Shown here: positions 18,504-28,239 of the stretch, piece by piece
How positions within the stretch are numbered: the first letter of the stretch is position 1
Layout: each line of letters begins with the position of its first letter
Origin: Candidatus Hydrogenedentota bacterium
GTDB taxonomy: Bacteria > Hydrogenedentota > Hydrogenedentia > Hydrogenedentales > SLHB01
Assembly (NCBI GenBank): GCA_045863335.1
Contig: BTVY01000025.1
Coordinates: 38,120-102,119, forward strand
Length of the DNA stretch: 64,000 nt
Direction of reading: 5' to 3'
Translations under genes and position numbers: made by a program
The notes under the pieces: generated by a model
What the model was told of the DNA's origin: nothing
Seen by the model: the letters and a program-made list of their open reading frames with translations, nothing else
Databases searched by the model: none

Positions 18504-19973
18504 GTGGGCGAGGCGGCTGAAGAGAAGCGAGCACGGAGGGGCGAAATCGCGCTGTGGATGGGCGCGGCGCTCGTGGTCCGGCTTGTGTTTCTCGCGTTGT
18601 CGCCGCGGGCCCTTGATTCGGCGGACTCCATCCGCTACCTGGAAGTGGCGAAGCTGCTTCGCGAAGGCAGCATCTTTGATTTCGATACGCGCATTCCCCT
18701 CCTCTACCCCACGCTGACGGCCCTGGCGAACCTTGTTATCCCCGATCTGGAATGGGCGGCGATTGGCGTGTCGTTGGGCGCGTCGGTATTGCTGATATGG
18801 CCGGTGATCCGGCTGTCCGATTCCATGCATGGACGTTCGACCGCGCGCATCGCGGCGCTATCCGTCTGCCTGTGGCCGTGGCTGGTCGATTACGGGTGCC
18901 GCGTCGCGCCGGAAGCGCTCATGTCGGTGTTGTGGTTCGGCGCGCTGTGGGCGTTGGCGCAGACGGTTCGGCGTGGCGGGTTTTGGCCGTATGTCGCGGC
19001 ATTCCTATGCCTCGGACTGCACCTCACTCGCCCCGAGGGCATGTTGTTGTGGGCGGCCGCGCCCTTCGTCGCCCTCATTCTTCGCGAGCCCAAACGCGAT
19101 GCGCGAGCCCTGCGGTTGATTCCGTTTGTTGTCACCAGCGTGGTTCTGTTGGGGGCATACGCGCTCTATATGCGGTTGGTCACAGGCGCGGCCATCGTGT
19201 CGTCGCGCGCTGGCACGGCCTCCCTGCGATTCGCGCTGGTCGATCAGGGCGCAGCGACGGCGAGAGCCTTCCTTGCGCTGTTCGGCGAAGTGCTTCCCGT
19301 CATGCTGGGGCCCTTGCTGCTGGCGTTCGCGGGCGCGGGACTGTTCATGGCCTCGGAACGCAAACGGGATCTTCGACTGGAATTGATGATCCTGGCTTTC
19401 GCGGCGGCACAGTTTGTCCTTGCGGGACTGAGTACCTTTGCGGAACCGCGGTACGTGATGAACGTGGCCATTGCGTTGACGCTGTGGTCCGCGCGCGGCA
19501 TTGCGCTCACCGGCGCGCGCGCCTCGGCCTTACCGCGCGGCGCGTGGTTGCGCCGGGTACCTGCGGCGGTGTTGATTGCGATGTTCAGTTTTGGTCTGGC
19601 GGTCAATATCGTTCCGCCGCTCCTGGGCCGCATGTCGTATCAGCCGGTGGAGTACAAGATCGCGGGCGCGTGGATGAAGGAGCACCTTGAACCGGGATTA
19701 ATCCTCTGCCGCAAACCGCAGGTGGGATTCTACGCGGACATGCCGACCACGGGCCCCGCGCCGAATGAGTCGGTCGTGGAAGTGATTCAACGCGCGCGGG
19801 ATGCTGGAGCGCGGTACCTCGTCGTGGATGAGCGGTATACGGCGCAAATGGTGCCAAGTCTGGAGGCGCTGTTGGACCCCGCGACGGTGCCGGAAGGATT
19901 GCGCTTGCTGAAGGCGGATTTGTCGCCGTACGCGGAGGCGCGGATTGTGATTTACGCGGTGTTGCCGCGGTGA
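18504..19973 (+). CDS. GT-C (PMT/ArnT-like) membrane glycosyltransferase
   Basis: DSADSIRY loop after TM1, PLLYP, LTRPEG, EPRY, many TMs. Confidence 0.75.
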   Translation: MGEAAEEKRARRGEIALWMGAALVVRLVFLALSPRALDSADSIRYLEVAKLLREGSIFDFDTRIPLLYPTLTALANLVIPDLEWAAIGVSLGASVLLIWPVIRLSDSMHGRSTARIAALSVCLWPWLVDYGCRVAPEALMSVLWFGALWALAQTVRRGGFWPYVAAFLCLGLHLTRPEGMLLWAAAPFVALILREPKRDARALRLIPFVVTSVVLLGAYALYMRLVTGAAIVSSRAGTASLRFALVDQGAATARAFLALFGEVLPVMLGPLLLAFAGAGLFMASERKRDLRLELMILAFAAAQFVLAGLSTFAEPRYVMNVAIALTLWSARGIALTGARASALPRGAWLRRVPAAVLIAMFSFGLAVNIVPPLLGRMSYQPVEYKIAGAWMKEHLEPGLILCRKPQVGFYADMPTTGPAPNESVVEVIQRARDAGARYLVVDERYTAQMVPSLEALLDPATVPEGLRLLKADLSPYAEARIVIYAVLPR

Positions 19974-19976
19974 GCT

Positions 19977-19994
19977 ATGGACGATATGGACGGA
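19977..19994 (+). repeat. 9-mer ATGGACnnn micro-array (2 units)
   Basis: ATGGACGAT ATGGACGGA immediately after the stop. Confidence 0.5.
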
Positions 19995-20070
19995 TAGGAG
20001 TGAAACTGCTGCGAGGTGATCGCGATTATTCGGTGAGTTTCGGAGGCGCGGGCTTAGGATTCGTTCGCCG

Positions 20071-20952
20071 ATGACGGCTGCTGCTATGCACCGCACATCC
20101 GGCGACCGTCGCACGCTCGTGGTTCACACCGGTGGGATTGGTGACTTTTTGCTCTTTTGTCCTTCCCTTCTTCGGCTTCGGGAAGAAGGTCCGGTTACGC
20201 TCGCGGGGTTCCGCGACCGGCTGAATCTTGCCGTCGTGACGGGGATTGCGGAGGATGCGTTGGACCTGGATGACACGGGATTCGAGTCGGTGTTTTCCGA
20301 ACCCAATGCGATTTTGCAGCGCTTTCTCGCGCGATTCGACCGGGCGGTGGTGTGGATGAATGACGACGGCGCGATTGCACGCGCGTTTGAAGCCTGCGGT
20401 GTTGGCGATTTGCGTGTGTTCCCGGGTCTCCCACCGGAGGGCTGGACGCGGCATGCGTCGGCGTATTACGCAGAGCAATTGGGACTCGGTGCATTGCCGC
20501 CGTTTCGACTCCCTATCGAGGCATCAGAGACTCCGCATGACGTGTTGATTCATCCCGGCAGCGGAGGAAAGAAGAAGAACTGGCCTATGGAGCGTTTTGC
20601 CGAAGTCGCAGCGCGGCTGACGCAGCTTGGCAGGAACGTTGCGTGGATTCGCGGGCCGGCGGAGGAATCGATACGGATCCCTCCTGGAGCGAACCTGATC
20701 GAGACGCCGTCATTGGTAACGCTGGCGCGTGATCTGGCAGCTACGCGGTTGTACGTGGGGAACGACAGCGGGGTCACGCACCTCGCGGCGGCATGCGGAT
20801 GCCGGACGGTGGCGGTCTTCGGGCCGACGGACCCGGCGGTCTGGGCGCCGCGCGGGGAGCACGTGACGGTGGTTCATGGCGACCCGTGGCCGGGGATCGG
20901 GGATGTTATGGACGGTATGGGCGATATGGACCGGATGGACAGCGCCGGGTAG
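20071..20952 (+). CDS. Glycosyltransferase family 9 (ADP-heptose transferase-like)
   Basis: GGIGDFL, IHPGSGG..KNWP, GNDSGVTHLAAA, FGPTDP. Confidence 0.9.
   Translation: MTAAAMHRTSGDRRTLVVHTGGIGDFLLFCPSLLRLREEGPVTLAGFRDRLNLAVVTGIAEDALDLDDTGFESVFSEPNAILQRFLARFDRAVVWMNDDGAIARAFEACGVGDLRVFPGLPPEGWTRHASAYYAEQLGLGALPPFRLPIEASETPHDVLIHPGSGGKKKNWPMERFAEVAARLTQLGRNVAWIRGPAEESIRIPPGANLIETPSLVTLARDLAATRLYVGNDSGVTHLAAACGCRTVAVFGPTDPAVWAPRGEHVTVVHGDPWPGIGDVMDGMGDMDRMDSAG
20908..20943 (+). repeat. 9-mer ATGGACnnn array x4 forming the GT9 C-terminus
   Basis: ATGGACGGT ATGGGCGAT ATGGACCGG ATGGACAGC = MDGMGDMDRMDS. Confidence 0.75.
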
Positions 20953-21028
20953 TTCTCAGAAAACGAAACCGATTGTCAGGGGATGCCGCGCTCGGCGAGC
21001 GCGGCAGTACGAGTTCAACGCGTTCCCG

Positions 21029-21949
21029 TCAGTTGGCGTTGGCGGCTTCGACGGCGGGGCGCCAGTACTCGACCGACTCCTTGAGATCCTGCACGACGGT
21101 GTAGTCGCTGGGCCAGCGTTCGCGGTGGCTGATCTCCAGTAGGAGCGTGCATTTCTCGATGCCGGCGTCGCGCATGGTCGCCAGGATCTCCGAGGGGATA
21201 ATCTTGCCGCGTTCGTTGTACTGCGCGGTGAAGGGGTAGTGCCCCCCTTTTTCACGGAGGCTTTGCTTGATGTGGATGCAGGGCGATTCCTTGCCAAAAG
21301 CCCGAATCCAGGCATGGGGGTCGGTGTCGTCGGGGTCGGTGGACTGGAGGTCGCCGTGGTCCACGTCGAGGCAGAGCAACATGGGGATGGCGAATCCTTC
21401 CGCGCAACGGTCCATGATGTCCCGCGTGGCCGGGATCGTTTCGGCTACTTCGCGGGGAATCGACATGGGCTCGAAAATCATGTAATCGAAACCGATCTCC
21501 GCGCCGTATTCGGATAGTTCCCGCCAGGCGTTAACGGCCTGTTGAATGCGCCGCTCCCGAATGGCGGGATCCGCATTGTCGCGGACCGACATGATTCCAA
21601 AATGGCTCCCTCCCCCTTCGGCGCCAAGGTCGCGGGAGAGGCGGAAGAAACGCTTGAACCAATCGGTCCAGACCTGTTGTATCTCCGGGTTCGGATGCAT
21701 AAGATGATTCACGCGCGTAAAGGCTGACGTAAAAGTCGTCTGCACGCGAATGGATTTCCTGGCGCAGAGATCCCGGATGATTTCCGCTTCCCGCCGGACG
21801 ACGTCTTCGGGCAAGAACGGGTTGAGCAGATCCGCCGTGAATTGGACGTTGCCAAGGCCCAGTTCGTCCGCCACAACCGCAACCCAATCATCGGGTTCGG
21901 GAAAACGGTTGATGGCGAAGCCGGTATTGATGCCGAGGGTAACGTGCAT
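21029..21949 (-). CDS. TIM-barrel sugar-phosphate epimerase, EryC-like
   Basis: LGINTGFAINRFPEPDDW, RVNHLMHP, FEPMSIPRE, DVDHGD, IHIKQ resemble the EryC family as recalled. Confidence 0.7.
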   Translation of the reverse strand: MHVTLGINTGFAINRFPEPDDWVAVVADELGLGNVQFTADLLNPFLPEDVVRREAEIIRDLCARKSIRVQTTFTSAFTRVNHLMHPNPEIQQVWTDWFKRFFRLSRDLGAEGGGSHFGIMSVRDNADPAIRERRIQQAVNAWRELSEYGAEIGFDYMIFEPMSIPREVAETIPATRDIMDRCAEGFAIPMLLCLDVDHGDLQSTDPDDTDPHAWIRAFGKESPCIHIKQSLREKGGHYPFTAQYNERGKIIPSEILATMRDAGIEKCTLLLEISHRERWPSDYTVVQDLKESVEYWRPAVEAANAN

Positions 21950-22048
21950 GGGAGATTCCTGTGTAATCGCGGCGAATTCAGTTCATGCTGTAGCGGTCGG
22001 CAGGTTGTAGCATATGTACTTGGCGCAAGTAAACCGGCGGATATTCGT

Positions 22049-22095
22049 TTGACACGGGCGGTATCCAGGGCGTAGTATTTGATATTGTATTATCA
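22049..22095 (+). promoter_or_regulatory. Sigma70 promoter with Fur/Zur-like palindrome over the start site
   Basis: TTGACA(22049)-18 bp-TAGTAT(22073); TGATATT-GT-ATTATCA at 22080-22095. Confidence 0.65.
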
Positions 22096-22121
22096 TTAAC
22101 ATCCCCCGATGGAGTAGGTCG

Positions 22122-22784
22122 ATGGTTACGATGAGCGATTGCCGGCGGCGGCTGGGGCCCGGCGTGGAGTTCTATTGCGAGAAGTTCCACGCGCCCGAGG
22201 GGGTCCAGATGGCGCTGTGGGGTCCCAGCGGGTGCGGGAAGAGCACGATGCTCAACCTCATCACGGGATTGTTGCGTCCGGACGCGGGCCGTATCGAGGT
22301 GGACGGTACCGAAACGACGAAACTGCGGAGCGGCCAATTGGACCGGTTCCGGGGAGAGCGGTTTGGATTCGTCTTTCAGACGTTCAATCTGCTCGGACCG
22401 TTTACGGCGCTGCAGAACGTGATGCTCGGCATGCGGTTCGCCGACACCCGGCCGCCTGGAGAGTGGCGGCCACACGCAAAAGAGTTGCTGGAACGCGTGG
22501 GCCTGGCGCACCGGATGCATAGCAAGCCTACGACCATGAGCGTAGGTGAACGGCAGCGGGTCGCCATCGCGCGGGCGCTTGCGAACAAGCAGAGAATCGT
22601 CGTGGCCGACGAGCCGACGGGGAGTCTGGATCCCAAAACATCGAAAGCGGTCATGGATCTCCTCCTGGAGTTGTGCGCGGAGGAAAAGTTGACGCTCCTG
22701 CTGGTCACCCATGACGCGGGGATTGCCGAGCGGCTTCCAGAACAGTTCGACTGCACGGGGCTTGCCCGGGAGGTGCAGTCATGA
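22122..22784 (+). CDS. ABC ATPase (LolD/MacB-type, ZrgB-like)
   Basis: GPSGCGKST, MSVGERQR, ADEPTGSLD. Confidence 0.9.
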   Translation: MVTMSDCRRRLGPGVEFYCEKFHAPEGVQMALWGPSGCGKSTMLNLITGLLRPDAGRIEVDGTETTKLRSGQLDRFRGERFGFVFQTFNLLGPFTALQNVMLGMRFADTRPPGEWRPHAKELLERVGLAHRMHSKPTTMSVGERQRVAIARALANKQRIVVADEPTGSLDPKTSKAVMDLLLELCAEEKLTLLLVTHDAGIAERLPEQFDCTGLAREVQS

Positions 22785-24145
22785 CGATCTGGCATATCGC
22801 GTGGAATTATCTCTGGAACCGGAAGCTAACGACGATCCTCACGATCGTTTCCGTGGCTTTGGGTGTGGGGCTTATTACGTCGGTCCTGCTGTTACGCGAC
22901 GAAACGGAACGGCGTTTCGTCGAGGAAGGGCAGGCCTTTGATGTCGCCATTGGCGCGAAGGGCAGCACCCAGCAACTCGTGCTAAGCACGGTGTATTTCA
23001 TCGGACAACCGGCCGGCAACATTTCGTACGAGAGTTACGAGCAGGTCAAGAACGACCCGCAAGTGGAAGCTGCCTTCCCCATCGCCATGGGCGATTCATT
23101 CCAGGGATATCGCATCGTGGGGACGACCGTCGAATTGTTCCAGCACGACTGGACTAATCGGATAACGGGCGAGCCGCGGGATACCTACCAACTGGCGGAT
23201 GGCCGGTATTTTGAGGAATCGCTGGAGGCCGTCATTGGCAGTGAGGTCGCGGCATCGGCTGGCCTGTCCGTGGGCGATACCTTTGTCAGTACCCACGGAC
23301 TCACCCAATTTGAGGGCGTAGAAGCGCATGGCGACACACCGTATACGGTCGTCGGCGTAATGAAACCTTCCGGGACCCCGAACGACCGGGTCATCTTTTG
23401 TTCACTCGATTCCATCTGGCACGTGCACGAGCACGAGTACGGCACGCCGAGCCTGACGGGCGGGGTGTCGGTCACCGAACTGGCTTCGGGGGCCGTTGCG
23501 GAAGAGACGCATGCCGAAGACGAGGCGCACGAGGCAGAGCATGGTCATGAGGAGGCGGAACACGCCCATGAAGATGAAGACCATGAGCATCACGACAAGG
23601 AGGTCACGTCTGTCCTCGTGGTGCTTGAAAGCCCGGCCATGCGTTTCGAGTTCATTCGGCGCGTGCTCACGGACTTTCCAAACGTCGTGGCGGCGAATCC
23701 AGTCCAGGAGATTCAGGACTTGTATAACCAGTTGCTCGGAACGGCGCGCCAGGTTCTGCTCGCCATCGGATATCTGGTTGTCATTATTTCGTCGATCTCG
23801 ATTTTGATTGGACTCTATCTCTCCATCATCCAGCGGAAGCGGGACCTGGCCATCATGCGGGCCCTCGGCGCGGCGGCCGGCGAGATCATGGGTGCGGTGC
23901 TTATCGAAGCATTTTGGGTGACGCTGTTGGGCATTGCCTCGGGGTGGGTCGTGGGCACGGGCCTGACGTATGTGTTGAGCGGATACCTCACCGAACGGTT
24001 CGGGTTTGCCATATCCGTGTTTCGCCCGAGCCCCGATATGGTGTCGGCCTATTCCGCGGTGCTGCTCATGGGGATGTTCGCGGGAATCGTCCCGGCGTTT
24101 CAGGCCTACCGGACGGATATCGCAAGAGACCTCGCGGAACCGTAA
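22781..24145 (+). CDS. MacB/FtsX-type ABC permease with His/Glu-rich loop (ZrgC-like)
   Basis: GAKGS..QLVLSTVY, GDSFQGYRIVGTT, HAEDEAHEAEHGHEEAEHAHEDEDHEHHD, IMRALGA. Confidence 0.9.
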   Translation: MTIWHIAWNYLWNRKLTTILTIVSVALGVGLITSVLLLRDETERRFVEEGQAFDVAIGAKGSTQQLVLSTVYFIGQPAGNISYESYEQVKNDPQVEAAFPIAMGDSFQGYRIVGTTVELFQHDWTNRITGEPRDTYQLADGRYFEESLEAVIGSEVAASAGLSVGDTFVSTHGLTQFEGVEAHGDTPYTVVGVMKPSGTPNDRVIFCSLDSIWHVHEHEYGTPSLTGGVSVTELASGAVAEETHAEDEAHEAEHGHEEAEHAHEDEDHEHHDKEVTSVLVVLESPAMRFEFIRRVLTDFPNVVAANPVQEIQDLYNQLLGTARQVLLAIGYLVVIISSISILIGLYLSIIQRKRDLAIMRALGAAAGEIMGAVLIEAFWVTLLGIASGWVVGTGLTYVLSGYLTERFGFAISVFRPSPDMVSAYSAVLLMGMFAGIVPAFQAYRTDIARDLAEP

Positions 24146-24282
24146 CCACTGAATCGAGAGTGTGTTGTACATGCCCTGGCCACGATCTCGCAGCGCCCCC
24201 GGCTCGCAGATCGGGGGTTGGCAATTGCCCGCCGGAAATATGCTATAGTATCGGGCGGTTTTGGCAACTGGAGGTTCATTTT

Positions 24283-24966
24283 GTGAGACGTCGTGTAGTC
24301 AGAGATCTGGGTACGATCATCGGCGTGGTTGTGATTCTCGCCGGTGTGGTTGGCGTGAATTTTTACATGCGCCTCGAAGGCCTGCAGGAAAAGTACGACC
24401 AGATTCGCCGGTCCTACGAACAGCAGGCGGTCCAAAAAGGCACGGAACTGCTCGACTGGGAGTTGTTGCGCAAGACCAAGGGTTCGCTATATAGCGGGCC
24501 AACCTTTGACGAGGAGTTGAAAGCCATCGCGGGGCAGAGCGTGAACCTGATGGGGTTCATGACGCCCATCGACGAGTTCCGCGACGCCACCCATTTCATG
24601 TTGCTCCGGTTGCCCATCGAATGCTATTTCTGCAACGCTCCCCCCATGCGGGACGTCATGCTGGTTCGGATGGCCGAAGGCCAGTGGGTCAACATGGTGG
24701 AAGAGCCGGTACTCATGTCGGGCACGCTTAAACTCAGTGCCGGCGGTGACGAGAAGTTCTTCTACACGCTTGAGAATGCGATACGCACCACCATAGGCGA
24801 GACGACCGAGAAGCGTTTCACGCAGCAGCATCGGCAAGAGGGCCAGACCATGGGACGCGACCTTTTGTCGGTCGACGATCACGCGGGCCAACAGCCCGAG
24901 CCTGCTCAGGAGCAGATGCTGCCGCCGACCGAGCTGCCGAAACCGGACGCGGAGCCGGCGCCCTAG
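24283..24966 (+). CDS. DUF3299 (ZrgE-like) membrane-anchored protein
   Basis: GGAGG RBS + GTG; N-terminal TM; GFMTP...CYFCNAPP. Confidence 0.75.
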   Translation: MRRRVVRDLGTIIGVVVILAGVVGVNFYMRLEGLQEKYDQIRRSYEQQAVQKGTELLDWELLRKTKGSLYSGPTFDEELKAIAGQSVNLMGFMTPIDEFRDATHFMLLRLPIECYFCNAPPMRDVMLVRMAEGQWVNMVEEPVLMSGTLKLSAGGDEKFFYTLENAIRTTIGETTEKRFTQQHRQEGQTMGRDLLSVDDHAGQQPEPAQEQMLPPTELPKPDAEPAP

Positions 24967-25068
24967 CGTTGCATCCGGATTGATTTTTGCGGCCTTCATC
25001 GGACTCGGTGAAGGCCGTTTCTTGTTTCCGGGCGTCTATCCGGAATGGTTACGGTCGAGGGTTGTTCA

Positions 25069-25791
25069 ATGCCGCATTTGCACCGGTTCTTCGCAACGCC
25101 GGAAGACGATGATCCGGGCCGCGCCATCCTGCGGGATGAAGAAGCCCACCACGCAATCCACGTCGTACGCCTGAAGCCGGGCGATGAAATCGCCGTATTC
25201 GACGGACAGGGCCGAACCTGGATCGGCGAGATCGAAAGCCTGTCGCGGCGCGAGGTGCGGGTTCGGCTGACTGGCGAGGCCTGCGTTCCGCGGCCCGATA
25301 CCCAGGTGACGCTTGTTCAGGCGTGGCTCCACCGCGACAAGTCTATTGAAGAGATCATACGCCGCTGCACCGAAATCGGCGTAGACCGGTTCGTGTTCTT
25401 CCCCGCTGCGCGGTCGGAGCGTCCGCCTAAGGCCAACAGCAAGTGGAACCGCCTCGCCGTGGAATCCTGCAAACAGTGCGGCCGGGTTTGGCTCCCGGAA
25501 TTCCACGTCGCCGATTCGCTCGACTACGCTCTGGCGCTGATGGACGGTCCGATCCTTGCCGCGACCTTGGATGGGGAGCCCGTTGCCCTGTCCGATGCTG
25601 TGTCCTCGAACCGCATTGGCTTTCTCGTCGGTCCGGAAGGGGACTTTACCCGCGAAGAACTCGCGCGCCTAACCCAGGCGCATGCGACGCCGATAGGCCT
25701 CGGTGCCACGGTATTTCGCTCGGAGGTGGCTGCGGTCGTGGGATGCAGTTTGGTCCTGTATGAACTCGGCCGCCTTGGCCCCAGGGTCTGA
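25069..25791 (+). CDS. rsmE: 16S rRNA m3U1498 methyltransferase
   Basis: HAIHVVRLK, ESCKQCGR, VGPEGDF, LGATVFRSEVA. Confidence 0.95.
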   Translation: MPHLHRFFATPEDDDPGRAILRDEEAHHAIHVVRLKPGDEIAVFDGQGRTWIGEIESLSRREVRVRLTGEACVPRPDTQVTLVQAWLHRDKSIEEIIRRCTEIGVDRFVFFPAARSERPPKANSKWNRLAVESCKQCGRVWLPEFHVADSLDYALALMDGPILAATLDGEPVALSDAVSSNRIGFLVGPEGDFTREELARLTQAHATPIGLGATVFRSEVAAVVGCSLVLYELGRLGPRV

Positions 25792-25817
25792 CCAATCTGC
25801 TCCTGCGGGGAATTTGA

Positions 25818-26774
25818 TCAGCTTGCGCGATCTCGAACGCGGCTCTGCGCGACGACAAGCATGACGCCGCCGGCCACGACCAGAAGACCGCCGATAGCCT
25901 GAAGTGTGGTCATGCGTTCGGAAAGGATAAGGGTCGCTCCCAATAGAGTAACGAACGGGGTGGCCATTTGAAGGCCGGTTGACACAATGGCGCCCATTCC
26001 TTGAATCGCGCGGTAGTAGAGGACGTGCGCGAACGCGATGCCGGAAATTGCGGAAACCGCCACGAGGCCGAGGGTGGGCACACTTGTTTCTGCAAGCGCC
26101 GCATAGTCTCCGAATAGGAACATCAGCACCAATAGCCCGGACGCCGTGTAGAGGCTGATCACGCCAAAACTAAGCCGGGCCGGATACCCGGCCATGAATC
26201 GGCGCACGACGACCGCATAGGCACCGAACATGATGGTGGTGACAAGAAACACTGCCAAGCCCACCATCGACGCCGTGCTTTGGCCTCCCAGATCCTGCAG
26301 GAACATCCCCACCACGCCGCCGACGCATACGAGGGTTCCGCCGAGAAACCAGGGGTCCCGCACGACCGGCCGCTCTTCGCGAATGAACAGGAAACCGAAA
26401 ACGATGGTGAACAGGAAGTGCAGTTTGTAGGCGAATCCGATGACGCTGGCTTCCAAGTAGTAGGGTGTGATGGCCCAGCAAGTCTGGCCGACGAGATTGA
26501 TTACGGTGGGTACCAGGGCGCTGCGCCAGACGCCCCAGCGAGGGCGGACATGGCTGTCCGATTTCCTATCGCGGAGTAACGCGATCACGAAGGGCAGCCA
26601 GAACAGCGCCCCCACGGTATACCGCACCCCGTTGACGGTCCACGAGTCGAGATCATCGATAAACATGCGCAGAAATACGGGCGTTGTGCCGTAACACACA
26701 ACGGCGCCGAGGGCTGCGGCGAGGGCCAGGGAATCGTTTCGGTGAAGGGATTGCATAAGACTCCACAGTGACAT
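25818..26774 (-). CDS. DMT/EamA family transporter
   Basis: About 10 TMs in two EamA repeats. Confidence 0.85.
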   Translation of the reverse strand: MSLWSLMQSLHRNDSLALAAALGAVVCYGTTPVFLRMFIDDLDSWTVNGVRYTVGALFWLPFVIALLRDRKSDSHVRPRWGVWRSALVPTVINLVGQTCWAITPYYLEASVIGFAYKLHFLFTIVFGFLFIREERPVVRDPWFLGGTLVCVGGVVGMFLQDLGGQSTASMVGLAVFLVTTIMFGAYAVVVRRFMAGYPARLSFGVISLYTASGLLVLMFLFGDYAALAETSVPTLGLVAVSAISGIAFAHVLYYRAIQGMGAIVSTGLQMATPFVTLLGATLILSERMTTLQAIGGLLVVAGGVMLVVAQSRVRDRAS

Positions 26775-26957
26775 ACTACGTGCTGAAACAAATCGGCGTG
26801 CGTCCGCATACCATAGGAATTTCGCGCTATGCCGTCAAGCGCAAGCGGCGACTTCGCGTTCAGATAGCCCGTATAGAAACGACTCAAAGTTGACTGGAAT
26901 CCCGGCGAAGTCTACGCTCATAGGGTTCGACCAAAACACGAAACAAAGGAGAGCGAC

Positions 26958-28238
26958 ATGCGCGATCGCAGCAGTGGGCCGTCGGATTTGCCGAAGGCAC
27001 CGAAGCACGTGGAAACCAAGAGCGTTGGCCCATCCCGGCGGGATTTTCTGAAGCGCAGCAGCATCGGAATCTCAGCCGCGGCGCTGGGAACGCGCATCGC
27101 CGTGGGCGCGGAGGCAACGCCGAAGAAGATCCGCATTGGCGTGGTCGGCGGCGGTTTCGGATGCTCCTTCCAATGGCACGAACACCCCAACTGTGAAGTC
27201 GTTGCTGTAAGCGACCTGCGAGAAGACCGTCGCAAGCGTTTGATTGACACGTATAAGTGCGATCGGACCTACAACTCGCTCGAAGAGTTGGTCCTCGCGC
27301 CGGATATCGATGCGGTGGCGGTATTCACGGACGGCAACCTGCACGTGCAGCATGTCGTCGAAGCCATGAAGAACGGCAAACATGCGATTTCCGCTGTACC
27401 CGCGTGCTGGGCCACGGTGGAAGACGCGGAGACGCTGCTGGATATCGTGAAGACAACGGGACTCACGTACATGATGGCGGAAACCGGCTACTACCAGCAG
27501 ACGACCATCTCCGCGCGGAAATTCTATCAGGAGGGAAAATTCGGCGATTTGTATTACTGCGAGGCCGAGTACCAGCATCCCGGATTGGAAGTCATCTATT
27601 TCGAGAATGGCAAGCGCACCTGGCGTTACGGCATGGCGCCGATGCATTATCCCACGCACAGCAGCAGCCAGTTGATCGGCGTGACGGGCGAGCGGCTGAT
27701 CGAGGTCAAATGCCACGGATGGGGCGATGACGATCCGATTCTCAAGGACAACGCGTACGACAATCCGTTCTGGAACGGGTCCGCGATGTTCAGCACGGAT
27801 CGGGGACACGCGTTCCGCATGAACGTGTGGTGGAAGGGTGCGCACCGGGGCTGCGAACGGGCGCAGTGGATTGGCAGCGACATGAGTCTGTACATGCAGA
27901 ATCCGCTCGGCATTGGCGCGGTAATCGTCCGATCCGGTAAGCGCATGGAAAAGGACGATGCCGGGTTTGAACGGGAAGCGCCGGAGTTCGAGAACTACGC
28001 GGTGCCGGAGTATTGGAAGACGGATCTGCTGCCGGAACCGTTGCGGCATGACACCGGGCACGAGGGGTCGCATGCGTTCTTGACGCATGAGTTCATTGAC
28101 GCGCTAATCAATGAACGGCGGCCGACGGTGGACGTATACGAAGCGCTGGCCTACACGGTGCCGGGGATCATTGCGCATCAGTCCGCGCTCCGCGACGGCG
28201 AAACCATGAAGATCCCGCAGTATGATCGCCCCGCGTAG
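26958..28238 (+). CDS. Tat-exported Gfo/Idh/MocA oxidoreductase
   Basis: SRRDFLK twin-arginine motif; IGVVGGGFG; MHYPTH. Confidence 0.85.
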   Translation: MRDRSSGPSDLPKAPKHVETKSVGPSRRDFLKRSSIGISAAALGTRIAVGAEATPKKIRIGVVGGGFGCSFQWHEHPNCEVVAVSDLREDRRKRLIDTYKCDRTYNSLEELVLAPDIDAVAVFTDGNLHVQHVVEAMKNGKHAISAVPACWATVEDAETLLDIVKTTGLTYMMAETGYYQQTTISARKFYQEGKFGDLYYCEAEYQHPGLEVIYFENGKRTWRYGMAPMHYPTHSSSQLIGVTGERLIEVKCHGWGDDDPILKDNAYDNPFWNGSAMFSTDRGHAFRMNVWWKGAHRGCERAQWIGSDMSLYMQNPLGIGAVIVRSGKRMEKDDAGFEREAPEFENYAVPEYWKTDLLPEPLRHDTGHEGSHAFLTHEFIDALINERRPTVDVYEALAYTVPGIIAHQSALRDGETMKIPQYDRPA

Positions 28239-28239
28239 C

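Noticed and set aside
23500-23600. His/Glu-rich DNA periodicity as a repeat element
   Set aside because: Codons vary, so this is protein-level low complexity (metal-binding loop), not a DNA repeat.
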